Position numbers and translations under genes: made by a program. 64,000 nt of DNA from Cenarchaeum sp. GTDB lineage: Archaea; Thermoproteota; Nitrososphaeria; Nitrososphaerales; Nitrosopumilaceae. Below, piece by piece: positions 55,599 to 64,000 of the stretch. The notes under the pieces are model-generated. The model did not search any database. It saw nothing but the letters and a program-made list of their open reading frames with translations, and was not told the DNA's origin. The stretch lies in the NCBI GenBank assembly GCA_963692915.1, contig OY843584.1, forward strand, positions 64,001-128,000. The letters run 5' to 3'. The stretch's first letter is position 1. Every line of letters begins with the position of its first letter.

Positions 55599-57191
55599 AT
55601 GGCGCGAAGGGTAAGAATATTTGACACTACGCTGCGTGACGGCGAGCAGACGCCGCGCGTTGCCTTTTCTCCGGCTCAAAAGGTCGAGATAGCTAGCGCA
55701 CTCGACGCGCTAGGCGTGGATGCAATCGAGGCCGGATTTCCAGTGGTGTCAGCCGGCGAGCACGAGGCAGTCTCGGCGATTGCGGCGGCCGGACTCAGGG
55801 CGGACATATTTGGACTTGCGCGCTCGACACGCAAGGACGTCGATGCCATAGTCGACGCCGGACTGCAGTGCGTCCACACGTTCATCGCAACCTCGGCAAT
55901 CCACGCAAAGGACAAGCTCGGCATGTCGCAGCAGGCCATACTAGATGCCGCAATTGACGCCATCGAGTACGCAAAGTCACGCGGCCTTGTCGTAGAGTTC
56001 TCTGCAGAGGACGCGACGCGCTCGGATCCAAAGTACCTGCACCGCGTCTACTCGGCAGCAGCACAGGCCGGCGCTGACAGGGCAAACATACCGGACACGA
56101 CGGGATACTCGACGCCTGAGCACATGGCGCAACTAGTCAGGGATGTCATCGACGCGTCCGGACTTCCAGTTAGCGTGCACTGCCACAATGACTTTGGCCT
56201 CGCGACTGCCAACACGCTTGCCGGAATCGACGCTGGCGCCGCATCGGCACACGTGACGATAAACGGGATCGGCGAGCGCGCCGGCAACGCCTCACTGGAG
56301 GAGGTCGTCTCCGCACTCGAGTTCCTTGATCCCGAGTCGACTAGCGCCGGCGGACACCCGCGATCCCGCCCGAGGGGAGTGACGGGAATAAAGACGCGCC
56401 GCATATACGAGGTCTCACAGCTCGTATCACACATGGCGCGCATGCAGGTGCAGAACAACAAGGCCATAGTCGGCGAGAACGCGTTTGGCCACGAGTCTGG
56501 CATACACACGCACGGAATAGTGAAAAACCCGCTCACGTACGAGTCACTCGACCCGCGCCTCGTTGGGCGCAAGAGGTGGTTTGCGGCCGGCAAGCACGCC
56601 GGCACGCACGGCGTCGAGACGACGCTCTCCGAGTACGGGATGTCGCCCTCAGGCGACGAGCTTGCCGGGATACTCGAGCGAGTCAAGGAGATGGGCGACT
56701 CGGGCGCAAACGTGTCTGACATGCAGGTCGTCACGATCGCATCCGAGATTATGGGCAAGGATCCTCCAAAGAGGCTTGTGAGGCTGCGCGAGCTTGACGT
56801 CTCGACGAACGCGAGCCAGACGCCGCACGCGTACGTAAAGCTCGCCATAGGCGACACTGACCATGACGAGACGGCCTCTGGCGTGGGTCCGGTCGACGCG
56901 TCGCTTGCGGCCATACAGGAGATAGTCGGCGGCATATACGAGACGCGCATAGCCGACTATTCGATAAACGCCGTGTCAGGAGGCTCAGACGCACTGTGCG
57001 AGGTGACCGTAAAGGTCGAGGACGCGCGCGGCAACACTGTGCGCGCAAAGTCAGTCGGCGAGGACATTGTAGTGACTAGCGTCAGGGCCGTGATCGAGGG
57101 GATAAACGAGATTGCGCTCCGGCGCGGTGCCGAGAGCTCGCCGCGCCAACGGCGCACGCGCAGCGCCGGCAGCCGGCGCAGGCGCGCCTAG
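55599..57191 (+). CDS. leuA: 2-isopropylmalate synthase (or citramalate synthase)
   Basis: FDTTLRDGEQ, HCHNDFGLA, GIGERAGNA, HESGIH, C-terminal regulatory domain GVGPVDA. Confidence 0.85.
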   Translation: MARRVRIFDTTLRDGEQTPRVAFSPAQKVEIASALDALGVDAIEAGFPVVSAGEHEAVSAIAAAGLRADIFGLARSTRKDVDAIVDAGLQCVHTFIATSAIHAKDKLGMSQQAILDAAIDAIEYAKSRGLVVEFSAEDATRSDPKYLHRVYSAAAQAGADRANIPDTTGYSTPEHMAQLVRDVIDASGLPVSVHCHNDFGLATANTLAGIDAGAASAHVTINGIGERAGNASLEEVVSALEFLDPESTSAGGHPRSRPRGVTGIKTRRIYEVSQLVSHMARMQVQNNKAIVGENAFGHESGIHTHGIVKNPLTYESLDPRLVGRKRWFAAGKHAGTHGVETTLSEYGMSPSGDELAGILERVKEMGDSGANVSDMQVVTIASEIMGKDPPKRLVRLRELDVSTNASQTPHAYVKLAIGDTDHDETASGVGPVDASLAAIQEIVGGIYETRIADYSINAVSGGSDALCEVTVKVEDARGNTVRAKSVGEDIVVTSVRAVIEGINEIALRRGAESSPRQRRTRSAGSRRRRA

Positions 57192-57233
57192 GCCGGAGAT
57201 GGCCGTGCGCGGCTGCTGCGCGGGGCGACCCGC

Positions 57234-58235
57234 ATGATCATAGTCGACGAGGCGCGCATGCATGATGAGATACGCAGGCGCAATCCGGCATCAGTGGCGC
57301 TCAACGGTCCGGACGGCATGCTCCCGCAGGTTCAGGCCGCGGCCTCGCGCATATCGACCGAGTTTGGCATACCGGCGTACGTTCTAGCTGACACGACGTG
57401 GGGATCGTGTGACACAAACCACCTGGGCGCCAAGGTTCTTGGAGCCGGCGTTCTCTTTAACATTGGCCACACGATAAGCATGGGCGAGCTCGAGGGCGGC
57501 GACGTCGTCATGGTCGACGCCTTTGATGACATTGAGTTTGACCGCGTCGCCGAGGAGTGCGCGCGCATGCTCGCAGGCCGGCGCGTCTCACTGCTCACCG
57601 ACAGCCAGCACCTGAGGCAGCTCGATGCGGTCCGTGGAATTCTCGAAAAGGGCGGCGTGGACGTCGTGATCGGATCAGGAGGCGGCCAGCTCAACGACGC
57701 GCAGGTGTTTGGGTGCGAGTTCTATCCCGCAGTCGCCGCCGTTGCCGAGGGCGCTGAGGCCAATGTCTTTCTGGGCCAGAGCGTCTTTCATGCGGCCGGA
57801 GTCGCGCTGTCCACTGGCCTGCCAACATATGCGCTGGACCCGTACTTTGGCGAGGTTCGCGACGTCACCGAGTTTGCGCAAAAGACGCAAAAGCGCACAA
57901 CTGCGGCAATCTATGCTGCCTCTGAGGCGCGCACGTTTGGGATCATAGTCGGCCTCAAGGAGGGACAGCTCTCAAAGGTGACGGCACTGCGCCTGCGCCG
58001 CGAGCTAGAGGCCGAGGGCAGGACGGTCCAGATGTTTGCGATGACGAGCATCACCTCGGATCGCCTCGAGTCACTCACGGGAATTGACGCGTTCATCCAG
58101 GTCGCATGCCCGCGGATATCTACTGACAACCCGTTCCCAAAGCCGGTCCTCTCGACACCGCAGGCAAACGCGCTCTTGCGCGTGATGCGCGGAGGAGAGC
58201 CCGAGGAGTACCTTCGCGTCCCGCACTGGCTCTAG
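57234..58235 (+). CDS. dph2: 2-(3-amino-3-carboxypropyl)histidine synthase
   Basis: PDGM, WGSCD, GH, QVFGC, FH, ACPRI. Confidence 0.9.
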   Translation: MIIVDEARMHDEIRRRNPASVALNGPDGMLPQVQAAASRISTEFGIPAYVLADTTWGSCDTNHLGAKVLGAGVLFNIGHTISMGELEGGDVVMVDAFDDIEFDRVAEECARMLAGRRVSLLTDSQHLRQLDAVRGILEKGGVDVVIGSGGGQLNDAQVFGCEFYPAVAAVAEGAEANVFLGQSVFHAAGVALSTGLPTYALDPYFGEVRDVTEFAQKTQKRTTAAIYAASEARTFGIIVGLKEGQLSKVTALRLRRELEAEGRTVQMFAMTSITSDRLESLTGIDAFIQVACPRISTDNPFPKPVLSTPQANALLRVMRGGEPEEYLRVPHWL

Positions 58236-58293
58236 CGCAAATTCTGTGATGCGCCTCTAGACTCTTATTTGTCATGCAAGGTCACCGTTGACC

Positions 58294-60804
58294 ATGCGCG
58301 TGCTTGCACTCCTCGCCCTTTTGTCTGCCGCCCTGGCATTACCTGCAGTGGCGTTCGCCCCTGCTGTCGCGGAGACGGACGTGTTTGACCCTGATGCCAT
58401 GGATATGCGCGTGTTTGACCCTGTTGGCATGGGACCAGACGAGTCCCCTATTCGTGCTGAGAGGATCCACGATCTCTACGCGGCACACAAGGATCTAACG
58501 GGCATAATGGCAGCACAGTCAGCAGGCGACTATGACACACCGGACTATCCGTTCGTCATGACGTACGTCGACGAGGAAAATGAGGAGCTAGTCGTGATGA
58601 TGCACGTGATTGCCGCACTGGCCGGCATAGAGTACGAGGAGCGCGAGATCCAGCTTGCGCTGGACAGCGATGTTGATATTGAAATAATCTATGGCGTCTT
58701 TGAGTTTGACTCTTCACAAGCCTCCATTGAATCATGGGAGCAGTACTATTCCATGCACTGCACTCCGTTATACGAGATGGGCTACGAAGATGCCTGCGCG
58801 CTATATGCGAAAAACCTGCGCGAGCATGGTGTGCATCTGGAAATGGCAGACATTGCTGACATTCCACTGAAACCCGACATATATGGTAACTCCACTACGC
58901 ACAGTATGCCAGTCGACCAGAACGCACTTGCTGTGTACGTCACCGGCGCCTCGCAAGTCTCCATTACGTCATGGGAAGAGTACTATGCCATGCGCTGCAC
59001 GCCATCATACGAGTACGGCTACGAGCATGCCTGTCTTATACATGAGAAAAACCTGCGCGAGAATGAGGGACGTCTAACGTCCGCTGACACTCCCGTAACG
59101 CCTAAAACTAAGCGTGATGACCACCCTAACTGGCCATTTATCTGGTGGAGCGCACTTGAGCTGCAAAAGCACCCGTATGCCAGATCGGCTCCTCCTCTGC
59201 TGCCTCCCACAGTCTATGTCCCCAAGAACATATTTGTGACGGCCGCGCCGGATTCCAAAGTGCAAATAATGTTCACGTCCGTGGCACATGACGCTATGGG
59301 CAACACTATAGAGCCAGTCTGCACGCCGCCCAGCGGGACCACGTTTGGCTTTGGCTTTGGCTCTGGATATGCCATATGCACGGCGACAGACGCGATGGGA
59401 ATCCAAAGTAGCGCAACATTTGATATCGTCCTGACACCCGAACCCCTTCAAGAAGCGGCCTTTTTGACCCACTTTGAGTACGGCATGGGGTGGTGGGAAG
59501 AAGTAATCCGGACAGAGGGGGCAGACGCGCCCGTTTACGGGGAGACCAACTGGAGAGTTGTCGTGCATGATGACATGATCCCCTGGGGACGTCACCAGCT
59601 AAACAGGGCCGCTGAGGCCTATGACTGCCCTGGCGGGTGCGCAATAGAGACCAAGCCCACGATGGATCTCTCGAACAGGACCAATGCAACGCTAAAGTTC
59701 GCGTGGCATGCCAATGGCCCACTGGAACACGATGACTCCCTGTCTGTCCAGCTGCACAAGAATGGCTCATGGCATACCGTCTACAGGTGGTTCGACGCGC
59801 CGGGCGGCGATCACCAGTGGGCGCACGTGACATACCCACTCGATGGCTTTATGGTGGACGACTTTAAGTTGCGCTTTGTTGCCCATCTGAGCACGCATGG
59901 TCGGACTATTGCCGTAGACAGCGTCATGGTCAGGCCGTTGGCGGAGATTCCCGGCATTGTGCAGCGTCCTGCGATGCAGCCAGTGTACAAACTGTATGAC
60001 TCGTCTGAGAGGACATACGAGTCACCGATCGACCTGCTGCTTCATGGGGGCTCCCAACTGGAGGTAACGGTGCCATCATCAGACGCCTACGTGTCCCCGC
60101 ACATGGTCAACGCAGTGGCCGGCCTGGTCATAAATCACAATGGCACCACGGCCATCCTTGTGCCATCCCACGCCATCGACATCACTGAGGCATCAGACCG
60201 GAAACCCCCCAGCATTGCGCTTGCGGGCTCTGATGCCGAGGGTCCTGGCATCGTCGTTGCCAACTCTGTTATTGCCACTACTGACGTTATGACAAACCAC
60301 AAGGTGTTCTCTGATGCGGCACTTGTGAAGGTCTTGCCCGAGCGCGCAGTTGAGGTTGACACAGTCCGAAGTGGCACGCGCGTAATCGCCCTGGATGCCT
60401 TTGGTGTAACAGGGGATATAAATGGCCGAACAGCTGAAATCTTTGGCGCCGGCCCAAAAAGATCCGGGGACATACTCTCGGCCAACATGACTGTGCGTGC
60501 CACAACTGGGCAGATGGACACCACGCTCATAGACCAGGCTATGGCGACATACAGGTCTACAAAGGGAGACAGCGGCTCGCCGGTTCTCTACGTTGATGAC
60601 GGTGGCGCCTCGGCGTTTCTTGGCATGCACATAGGGCGCATCCAGGTATTCCTGGGGGATCCTGCAAGTGTGCCGGCAGGACATGTGCCCACAGTTGATG
60701 ATAGCGACAATTCACTGCAGTTTGGCGTGTTCTCCAAGTGGGAGTACATTAGCCGTGATCTTGGGCTGAGCTGCATGTCACTCTGCTATCCGGGCATCTC
60801 CTAG
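58294..60804 (+). CDS. Secreted multidomain protein with C-terminal trypsin-like serine protease
   Basis: Signal peptide; duplicated Cys-pair motif; HYR-like CTPPSGTTF..CTATD; jelly-roll-like segment; putative triad SHA, DAAL, GDSGSP. Confidence 0.75.
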   Translation: MRVLALLALLSAALALPAVAFAPAVAETDVFDPDAMDMRVFDPVGMGPDESPIRAERIHDLYAAHKDLTGIMAAQSAGDYDTPDYPFVMTYVDEENEELVVMMHVIAALAGIEYEEREIQLALDSDVDIEIIYGVFEFDSSQASIESWEQYYSMHCTPLYEMGYEDACALYAKNLREHGVHLEMADIADIPLKPDIYGNSTTHSMPVDQNALAVYVTGASQVSITSWEEYYAMRCTPSYEYGYEHACLIHEKNLRENEGRLTSADTPVTPKTKRDDHPNWPFIWWSALELQKHPYARSAPPLLPPTVYVPKNIFVTAAPDSKVQIMFTSVAHDAMGNTIEPVCTPPSGTTFGFGFGSGYAICTATDAMGIQSSATFDIVLTPEPLQEAAFLTHFEYGMGWWEEVIRTEGADAPVYGETNWRVVVHDDMIPWGRHQLNRAAEAYDCPGGCAIETKPTMDLSNRTNATLKFAWHANGPLEHDDSLSVQLHKNGSWHTVYRWFDAPGGDHQWAHVTYPLDGFMVDDFKLRFVAHLSTHGRTIAVDSVMVRPLAEIPGIVQRPAMQPVYKLYDSSERTYESPIDLLLHGGSQLEVTVPSSDAYVSPHMVNAVAGLVINHNGTTAILVPSHAIDITEASDRKPPSIALAGSDAEGPGIVVANSVIATTDVMTNHKVFSDAALVKVLPERAVEVDTVRSGTRVIALDAFGVTGDINGRTAEIFGAGPKRSGDILSANMTVRATTGQMDTTLIDQAMATYRSTKGDSGSPVLYVDDGGASAFLGMHIGRIQVFLGDPASVPAGHVPTVDDSDNSLQFGVFSKWEYISRDLGLSCMSLCYPGIS

Positions 60805-60927
60805 CCGCCATTGCCGGATTTGGAGACTCTTGCCTGCAGCTCCCGCACCGCTGGGTGCCCTTGCATGCCCTGCGCGTCGGCTCGAGTGCCCAACAGTTAT
60901 AACAATAGGCGCAGACACGTGCGCGCG

Positions 60928-61473
60928 ATGGCCAACGAGCACGTCTTTCCGGGGGATCGCCTCGCCTCAGTCGAGGAGTACGGCGTGGGCCATGGCGCCT
61001 TTGATGACGGCGAGCGCATATGCGCCGCAGTCGTTGGCACATCAGAGATAGACTCCGAAAAGCACACCGTCAGCGCAGTCGGCCCGCAGGTTCCTGTTCC
61101 CGTCGCCGGCGACATTATCATCGGCGAGGTCGCCGCAACGCTCTCCTCGAGGATTGCCGTGGCGATACGCTACATCAATGGAAAGCAAGTCACGAACAAC
61201 GTGGAGTGCATGCTCTCAACGAGAAACCTGCGCATGCGGCTCGTCGCGCTAGTCGGTGACATTATGGCACTGCGAATCGTCGGGACGCTCAACGGCGACA
61301 TACACGCCGAGGTCAATGACCCGTCACTTGGAGTGCTGTTCACAAAGTGCCGTCGCTGCGGCGATCGCGTAATGCTCCACCGTGATGTCGTAAAGTGCAT
61401 CGAGTGCGGCTGGGTCGATGAGCGCAAGCTCTCAAGGGACTTTGGCAAGGATGACTTTGCCAAGGCGCCGTGA
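60928..61473 (+). CDS. csl4: Exosome complex RNA-binding component Csl4
   Basis: VFPGDRL..EEY, GDIIIGEV S1 domain, LGV..CRRCG..CIECG..ERKLS. Confidence 0.9.
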   Translation: MANEHVFPGDRLASVEEYGVGHGAFDDGERICAAVVGTSEIDSEKHTVSAVGPQVPVPVAGDIIIGEVAATLSSRIAVAIRYINGKQVTNNVECMLSTRNLRMRLVALVGDIMALRIVGTLNGDIHAEVNDPSLGVLFTKCRRCGDRVMLHRDVVKCIECGWVDERKLSRDFGKDDFAKAP

Positions 61474-62282
61474 GCGCATTGAGGCGCGTGTCCTTTCAGG
61501 GCGAGCACGGAGCATACAGCGAGGGCGCGGCCCTTGCGCTGTTTCCTGACGCAAAGACCATTCCATGCGAGTCATTCGCCGCCGCAGCGCATGCGGCCGA
61601 GTCAGGCGATAGCGACTGTGCGCTCATCCCCGTGGAGAACTCGCTGGCCGGAAGCGTCGGGGAGAGCTATGACATACTGCGCACTACTGCGCTGCGCATA
61701 GTCGGCGAGACGTACCACCAGATCAGGCACTGCCTCATTGGGCGCGGATCCCTTGAGGACGTGCGGACAGTCTATTCGCACCCGCAGGCACTGGGCCAGT
61801 GCAGGAGGTTCATCGAGTCGCGCCACATGCGCCGCGTTCCGACATATGACACGGCTGGCAGCGTGCGCATGGTCATGGATATGGGAGACGATGCGGCATG
61901 CATCGCCAGCGCCGAGGCCGCGCGCCTCTGCGGCATGCCAGTCATCATGGAGGAGATTGCCAACGAGCCGCAAAACCACACGCGCTTTGTAGTCCTGTCG
62001 CGCGACGGCGTGCCGCCGGAGGGGGCAAACAAGACGTCCTTTATCGCCTCGATGCGCCACGAGCGCGGCGCGCTCCACGCGCTACTTGGCGTCTTTGAGT
62101 CCCATGGCATCAACCTGACGAGGATCGAGTCGAGGCCAAAGAGGGAGGGCACGTGGGAGTATGACTTTTTCATCGACGCCGAGTGCGATCCTGCGCTCGC
62201 AGCGGCGGCGACTGCAGGCGCCGTGGCCATCACGGCGGGCATAAAGTCACTTGGCTCGTACGTTGCGGCCCGCGCGCCCTAG
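61470..62282 (+). CDS. pheA: Prephenate dehydratase
   Basis: FQGEHGAYSE, PVENS, SHPQALGQC, NHTRF, NLTRIESRP (ACT). Confidence 0.93.
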   Translation: MSALRRVSFQGEHGAYSEGAALALFPDAKTIPCESFAAAAHAAESGDSDCALIPVENSLAGSVGESYDILRTTALRIVGETYHQIRHCLIGRGSLEDVRTVYSHPQALGQCRRFIESRHMRRVPTYDTAGSVRMVMDMGDDAACIASAEAARLCGMPVIMEEIANEPQNHTRFVVLSRDGVPPEGANKTSFIASMRHERGALHALLGVFESHGINLTRIESRPKREGTWEYDFFIDAECDPALAAAATAGAVAITAGIKSLGSYVAARAP

Positions 62283-62737
62283 AACCCGCGCGGCTTGCGC
62301 TTTCCAAATCCGGCGCTAAAGCCCATGATTATGAGGCCCGATATCATGACAAACGCGTCGTACACCACGAATATCCAGTCAGTCTGCGAGTAGAGCGTAC
62401 CGGCCACGGCGAGCTCGACGCCGCTAGTGACCATTAGCGTTGACCTGCCTGATGGACCATGTGCCCACTCCATGGTGTGGCCTCCCTCGTGCGCCGTGGT
62501 CACCTCGCCGTCCTCCGGGGTGGCGAGTGTGAGCTCAAATGACCCGGCCGTTATGTCCAGGGACTGGACCGTGCCCTCTGGTGCCGTCAGGTCATATGGC
62601 GCAATGAACACGCCAGGCTCGTACACCTCGTCGATTGTGAACTCGCGCAGCCCGAGATTTGAGATGAGCGAGGCCGCACCCAGCGCGAGGACGACGGCCC
62701 CGATTGCGGTGCCCACTATTGCGCGCCTTGATGCCAT
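62279..62737 (-). CDS. Hypothetical membrane protein (N- and C-terminal TM)
   Basis: Hydrophobic termini flanking a beta-rich domain; downstream of guaB. Confidence 0.75.
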   Translation of the reverse strand: MASRRAIVGTAIGAVVLALGAASLISNLGLREFTIDEVYEPGVFIAPYDLTAPEGTVQSLDITAGSFELTLATPEDGEVTTAHEGGHTMEWAHGPSGRSTLMVTSGVELAVAGTLYSQTDWIFVVYDAFVMISGLIIMGFSAGFGKRKPRGF

Positions 62738-62740
62738 GAA

Positions 62741-64000
62741 TCACACCACCGTGACGTCGTGCGGCTGACTCTCGGCAAAGCCGGCGCGCGACATCCTGAT
62801 AAACTCGGCATTTTTCTGCATCTGCGCAATGTCATGCGCGCCACAGTAGCTCAGTCCGGAGCGCAGCCCGCCGGCAAGCTGCGCGAGTATGTCCGTCACG
62901 CTCCCCTTGTACGGGACGAGGGCCTCGACGCCCTCGGCGACATAGTCGTTGATGTCAACGTCATCGCGGCCCTCCTTTGCGCGCCTGCCCATCGATGCCG
63001 CAAGCGAGGCCATGCCGCGATACACCTTGAACCTCTTTGAGTCCTTTGTGATGACCGTTCCGGGCGACTCGTCGGTTCCGCCGAGCAGCCCGCCTAGCAT
63101 GACTGAGGATGCGCCGGCGGCGAGGGCCTTTGTGACATCACCGGACGTGCGCGTCCCGCCGTCTGATATGACCGGTATGCCGTGCTTGCGGCCGACGGCG
63201 GCGCAGTCAACGACGGCGCTGAGCTGCGGCACGCCCGAGCCGGTGATGACGCGCGTTATGCAGATGGATCCCGAGCCGACGCCGACCTTTACTGCGTCGA
63301 CTCCGGCCTTTATGAGGTCCTCGGCACCGGCCGCAGTCGCCACATTGCCCGCTATTATGTCGGCATTGGGAAACGCCTTTTTGAGGTTGCGAACCGCCGA
63401 GAGCGCGTTCTCGCTGTGACCGTGCGCAATGTCGACGATGATGACGTCAGCGCCTGCTGCCAGGAGCGCCTCGGCGCGGTCCATAAAGTCATCCTTTACG
63501 CCGACTGCAGCGCCCACTAGGGGCCGGCCCTTCTTGTCCTTTGATGCGTCCGGATACGCCTCGGTGTCAAGTATGTCCGTGCTGGTGACGAGGCCTGCCA
63601 CGCGCCCGTCTGCGTCTACTAGGGGGAGCTTTTCTATGCGATTGTCATGCAGCGTGCGCTTTGCCTCCTCGAGGTCGATCCCCGCCCTCCCGGTCACGAC
63701 ATCAGTAGTCATGACGTCGCGCACGAGCGCGTTGCGGTCTGGCGCCAGGACAATGTCGCGCCCCGTTATGATTCCGACAAGCTTTCGCGTCTGCGCGTCA
63801 GTGACGATGAGTCCCGAGACGCCCATGTCGCGCTCGTAGGCCAGCGCGTCGGCGATCGACTGGTCAGGCGAGACGGTGTAGGGGTTTTCGATCATGACGC
63901 TTCCTGACCTCTTTACCTTTAGGATCTCGTCGGCCTGCGTCTCTATGCTCAAAAAGCGGTGGACTATGCCGATCCCGCCCTGGCGTGCCATGATCACTGC
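62741..64000 (-). CDS. guaB: IMP dehydrogenase, 5' end outside the window
   Basis: GGIGIVHR, CBS pair, DIAHGHS, GVGSGSICITR, YRGMAS. Confidence 0.96.
   Translation of the reverse strand, partial: AVIMARQGGIGIVHRFLSIETQADEILKVKRSGSVMIENPYTVSPDQSIADALAYERDMGVSGLIVTDAQTRKLVGIITGRDIVLAPDRNALVRDVMTTDVVTGRAGIDLEEAKRTLHDNRIEKLPLVDADGRVAGLVTSTDILDTEAYPDASKDKKGRPLVGAAVGVKDDFMDRAEALLAAGADVIIVDIAHGHSENALSAVRNLKKAFPNADIIAGNVATAAGAEDLIKAGVDAVKVGVGSGSICITRVITGSGVPQLSAVVDCAAVGRKHGIPVISDGGTRTSGDVTKALAAGASSVMLGGLLGGTDESPGTVITKDSKRFKVYRGMASLAASMGRRAKEGRDDVDINDYVAEGVEALVPYKGSVTDILAQLAGGLRSGLSYCGAHDIAQMQKNAEFIRMSRAGFAESQPHDVTVV

Overview
Chromosomal segment of a high-GC thaumarchaeon (Nitrososphaerota, Nitrosopumilaceae/Cenarchaeum-like; a host-associated lifestyle is an inference). 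The taxonomic call rests on archaeal informational genes (ABCE1, uL2, CDC48, NAC, DnaG, Csl4, Dph2/Dph5), the tetraether synthase tes, an unlinked 5S rRNA, a transketolase-N/Rpe fusion and a double LysW/LysX arginine-lysine cluster. Most of the window is core genome. Accessory parts are (i) a partly AT-rich ~9 kb island (23.6-32.75 kb) between a DtxR gene and rpl2, with an (ACTCGCGC)5 repeat, a nuclease-less Type ISP-like N6-adenine MTase coupled to a PLD-SNF2 helicase, and a convergent coupled pair of unknown genes, one with a PD-(D/E)xK motif; (ii) a sulfotransferase/flippase/GT4 glycan cluster; (iii) two internally duplicated secreted or membrane proteins with HYR-like domains, one interrupted by an in-frame TAG. 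Notable small signals are a LysW paralog ending EDWGQ instead of EDWGE (missed by the ORF track), a candidate C/D box sRNA, and candidate operators at tes/TrmB and upstream of homocitrate synthase. Product calls come from motif recognition only, with no database search. Many start codons were re-estimated by eye and GC statements are visual estimates.
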